Made by a program: the position numbers and the translations under genes | Part shown: positions 61,389 through 64,000 of the stretch, in pieces | How the letters are laid out: each line of letters starts with the position of its first letter | How positions within the stretch are numbered: position 1 is the stretch's first letter | The notes under the pieces: generated by a model | The model's input: the letters and a program-made list of their open reading frames with translations, nothing else | Database searches by the model: none | What the model was told of the DNA's origin: nothing | NCBI GenBank assembly: GCA_963843145.1 | Contig: CAWJJC010000028.1 | Coordinates: 722,171-786,170, forward strand | Origin: an uncultured delta proteobacterium | Lineage (GTDB): Bacteria > Desulfobacterota > RBG-13-43-22 | Length of the DNA: 64,000 bases | Reading direction: 5' to 3'

Positions 61389-62296
61389 ATGAGCTTAATC
61401 CACGAGGCCCTCGAAATAGCGGAACAAGGGCGAGCCGAAAAACTGATGAAGAAAACCGTGCGGACTCCGGTGCGGAAAGAAGATACCCGAACCGATCCGG
61501 GTCCGGCCGTCTCCGTAGTGCGCTTCGAAAAGCTGAAGGCCGATGAGTCCCTGGTATCCCTCTACCAGCCCCAATCGCTCATCTCCGAGCAGTTCCGCAA
61601 ACTGCGGACGGAGCTCCTGCGGCTCAACCTGGCCAGGCCGGTGAAAACCATCATGGTCACCAGCGCCCTCCAGGGAGAAGGGAAATCCTTTGTGGCGGCC
61701 AATCTCGCCATCAGCATCGCTTATGATCTGCACCTCCACGCCCTGCTGGTGGACTGCGATCTGCGCAATCCCTCCGTGGCCCCCATGTTCGGCTATAACG
61801 GTGTCCGGGGAATCGCCGATTACCTGATGGGCCAAGGGGAGGTCTCTAATTTTCTGGTCGAAACCGAGCTGGAGAAATTGTCCCTCCTGCCGGGGGGGAC
61901 CATTCCTAAAAACCCAACGGAAATCATCGGCTCCCAGCGCATGGCCGCCCTGGTGGAAGAGCTGAAAACCCGCTACGACGACCGATTCATCATCCTGGAC
62001 TCCACCCCGCTCCTGGCCACGGCCGAGCCGGACGTGCTGGCTAAGCTGGTCGACGGGGTCCTGATGGTCGTGCGGGCCGGGTTGACCCCCGGGAAACGGT
62101 CGGGCAGGCGCTGAGTTCCCTGGATGAGGATAAGATTCTGGGGGTGGTCTTGAATGATGTCAATTTTAAATACTCGGCCCTGGGTGCCCGCTACTTCGGG
62201 GGCGATGGGCACAAGCACGGATACGGCTACGGCTACGGCAAACCCAAGGAACCCGAAAAGAAATTTTTGAGGAAATTTTCTCGCTCTAAAACGTAG
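61389..62296 (+). CDS. CpsD/CapB-family tyrosine kinase, frameshift near 62090
   Basis: EQFRKLRT, GEGKS, VDCDLRNP, DSTP; shifted frame gives ILGVVLN and a GYGYGYG tail to TAG 62296. Confidence 0.88.
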
Positions 62297-62305
62297 GGCC
62301 TGAAA

Positions 62306-62598
62306 CGTTTATTTGGTTTATCTGGTTGATCTGGTTTATTTCGTTAACCAAACAACCAAAAAAACGAAATAAACGAAATAAACGAAATAAACGCCTTAGT
62401 CGGGAGCCCAAACGGACCCGAGATGGCGGTAGCCTGTGAATTCGCTGAGCGCGGAGCGTGGGGCGTTTATTTGGTTGATATGGTTTATATGGTTTATTTC
62501 GTTAACCAAAACAACACAAACAAACGAAACAAACGAAATAAACGAAACAACCAAAAAAACGAAATAACCAAACAAACGAAACAAACGAAAATTCGCCC
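62306..62598. repeat. 9-mer repeat hairpins H3 (62306-62393) and H4 (62461-62598)
   Basis: T-rich then A-rich arms of the same units. Confidence 0.82.
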
Positions 62599-63991
62599 AT
62601 GATATTAAAAATCTTTAATATCTACATCCCCTTACGGAAATTAACCTTTTTTTTCCTGGAGAGCCTTTTTATTTGGGGGTTGGTAATCCTGGCTGTTTAC
62701 CTGCGGTTTTGGACTCATAGGCCCGGGGTGATCAATTTTCAAGAAATTATCTCAAAATCTTTCCTGATCGTCATTGTGGTTCAGCTTTCTCTCTATTACT
62801 TTGACCTCTATGCGCAATTAAGTTTTCTTAAGACTATAGAAGTCGTTGCCCGCCTTTTTCAGGCCTTAAGCGCGGCTTCCATCATTCTGGCCTGTCTCTA
62901 TTATCTCTTCCCTCAGCCTTCTTATTGGAAGGGGGATTTTCTTAATCCTGTTAGCGATGATGGCTGCTTTTTACAGCCTGCGACTTTTATATTTTTATGA
63001 GGTCCAAAGAAGACAATTAAATCAAAAAATTCTAATCATTGGAACCGGCAAACTGGCAAAATCCATTGCTGAGAACATCTTGGGAAACCGGGATAGCGGT
63101 TTTTCCGTGATTGGATTTATTTCCGATGATCCGGCAAAGGTGGGAATGCCGTTGGTCAACCCTTCGATCATCGGAGATTATTCCATGCTCGCGGAATTGG
63201 TGCAAAGGGAGGGGCCGGATCGCATCGTTGTGGCCTTGGAAGAAAGGCGGGGGAAGTTTCCCCTCTCCCAACTACTGGATTTAAAATTGCGTGGAATGAC
63301 GATAGAGGATGGGGCCAATTTTTATGAGCACCTGACCGGAAAACTGGAGGTAGAAAGCTTAAACCCCAGCAACATCATATTTTCGGGGGGATTTAAAAGA
63401 TCGAAAGTAACGATGTGGCTGAAAAGGATAGTCGAGTTTTTCGTTTCCTTTGTCCTTGCGGTTCTATTTGCTCCCTTGCTTTTTATGGTCTCGCTATTGA
63501 TCAAATTGGAATCCCCGGGACCTGTCTTCTACAGCCAGGAGAGAGTCGGCAAAAACGGCCGGATATTTAAACTGTTCAAATTCAGATCCATGGTTGAAAG
63601 CGCGGAAGAAAATGGGCCGGTCTGGGCCAGGGAGAATGATAATCGGATTACCCGGGTTGGCCGGTGGCTGAGAAAGACCCGTCTGGATGAATTCCCCCAG
63701 GTGATTAATGTCCTCAAAGGAGACATGTCCTTTGTCGGCCCCAGACCGGAACGGCCATTTTTTGTGGAACAATTGAAACAAGAAATACCTTATTACGCCC
63801 ACCGCCATACCGTCCACCCCGGTGTAACCGGTTATGCCCAAATCCGGTATCCCTATGGGGCCTCCAAGGAAGATGCCTTGGAAAAATTGAAATACGATAT
63901 CTACTATATAAAGTATCTCTCCCTTGTTTTTGACCTTTTTATCATCTTTGAAACAGTCAAGGTCGTCCTGTTTAGTAAAGGGTCGCGGTAG
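62599..63991 (+). CDS. EPS priming sugar transferase (TIGR03013/PEP-CTERM-type), frameshift near 62920
   Basis: ILIIGTG; KFRSM, RLDEFPQ, SFVGPRPERP, PGVTGYAQ, YDIYY. Confidence 0.88.
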
Positions 63992-64000
63992 GGTTCTAAG

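Noticed and set aside
60715-62598. CRISPR array or diversity-generating retroelement
   Set aside because: No constant repeat-spacer pattern, cas gene, reverse transcriptase or TR/VR pair in the window
16514-63991. Frameshifts in nuoF, sagB-like, TIGR04282, SBP, cpsD and sugar transferase as programmed recoding or phase variation
   Set aside because: Single-base indels in unrelated, otherwise intact genes without shared slippery motifs; sequencing or assembly error is more parsimonious. Needs a read check.

Overview
GC-rich bacterial chromosomal window. The gene set suggests an anaerobic Desulfobacterota/deltaproteobacterium (inference from gene families only). Left part: hemC (partial), FmdB zinc ribbon, DHS-like protein, gmhA, degenerate-GGDEF/TPR protein, selA, recJ. 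Next is a ~23 kb minus-strand run: a complex I-like operon (nuoABCDHIJK, two MrpD/NuoL-like subunits plus a small membrane protein, nuoMN), then a soluble input module (NuoE, NuoF/HydB fused to GltD/NfnL, a flavin-less mini-HydB, a non-catalytic FdhA/NuoG-like subunit), a c-heme-motif sensor kinase, a sigma-54 regulator and an archaemetzincin. Then ribF, tRNA-Leu(CAG), a 597-aa unknown, a SWIM-SNF2 ATPase and a 309-nt near-perfect hairpin. An O2/peroxide-defence and Fe-S cluster follows (Prx, Tpx, rubrerythrin, rubredoxins, FprA, FixL-like kinase, CopZ, IscSU, FTR/Grx, SagB-like). The right part has the TIGR04282/04283 transferase pair, copA, DUF89, a sugar ABC transporter, an orphan antitoxin and the start of an EPS locus with a four-helix-bundle gene among 9-mer-repeat hairpins. 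Several intergenic repeat families occur (TA-flanked MITE, CGTCAT..ATGACG palindromes, 7/9-mer hairpins). At least six genes carry single-base frameshifts, most likely sequencing or assembly indels. No CRISPR array, rRNA, transposase or integrase was seen.
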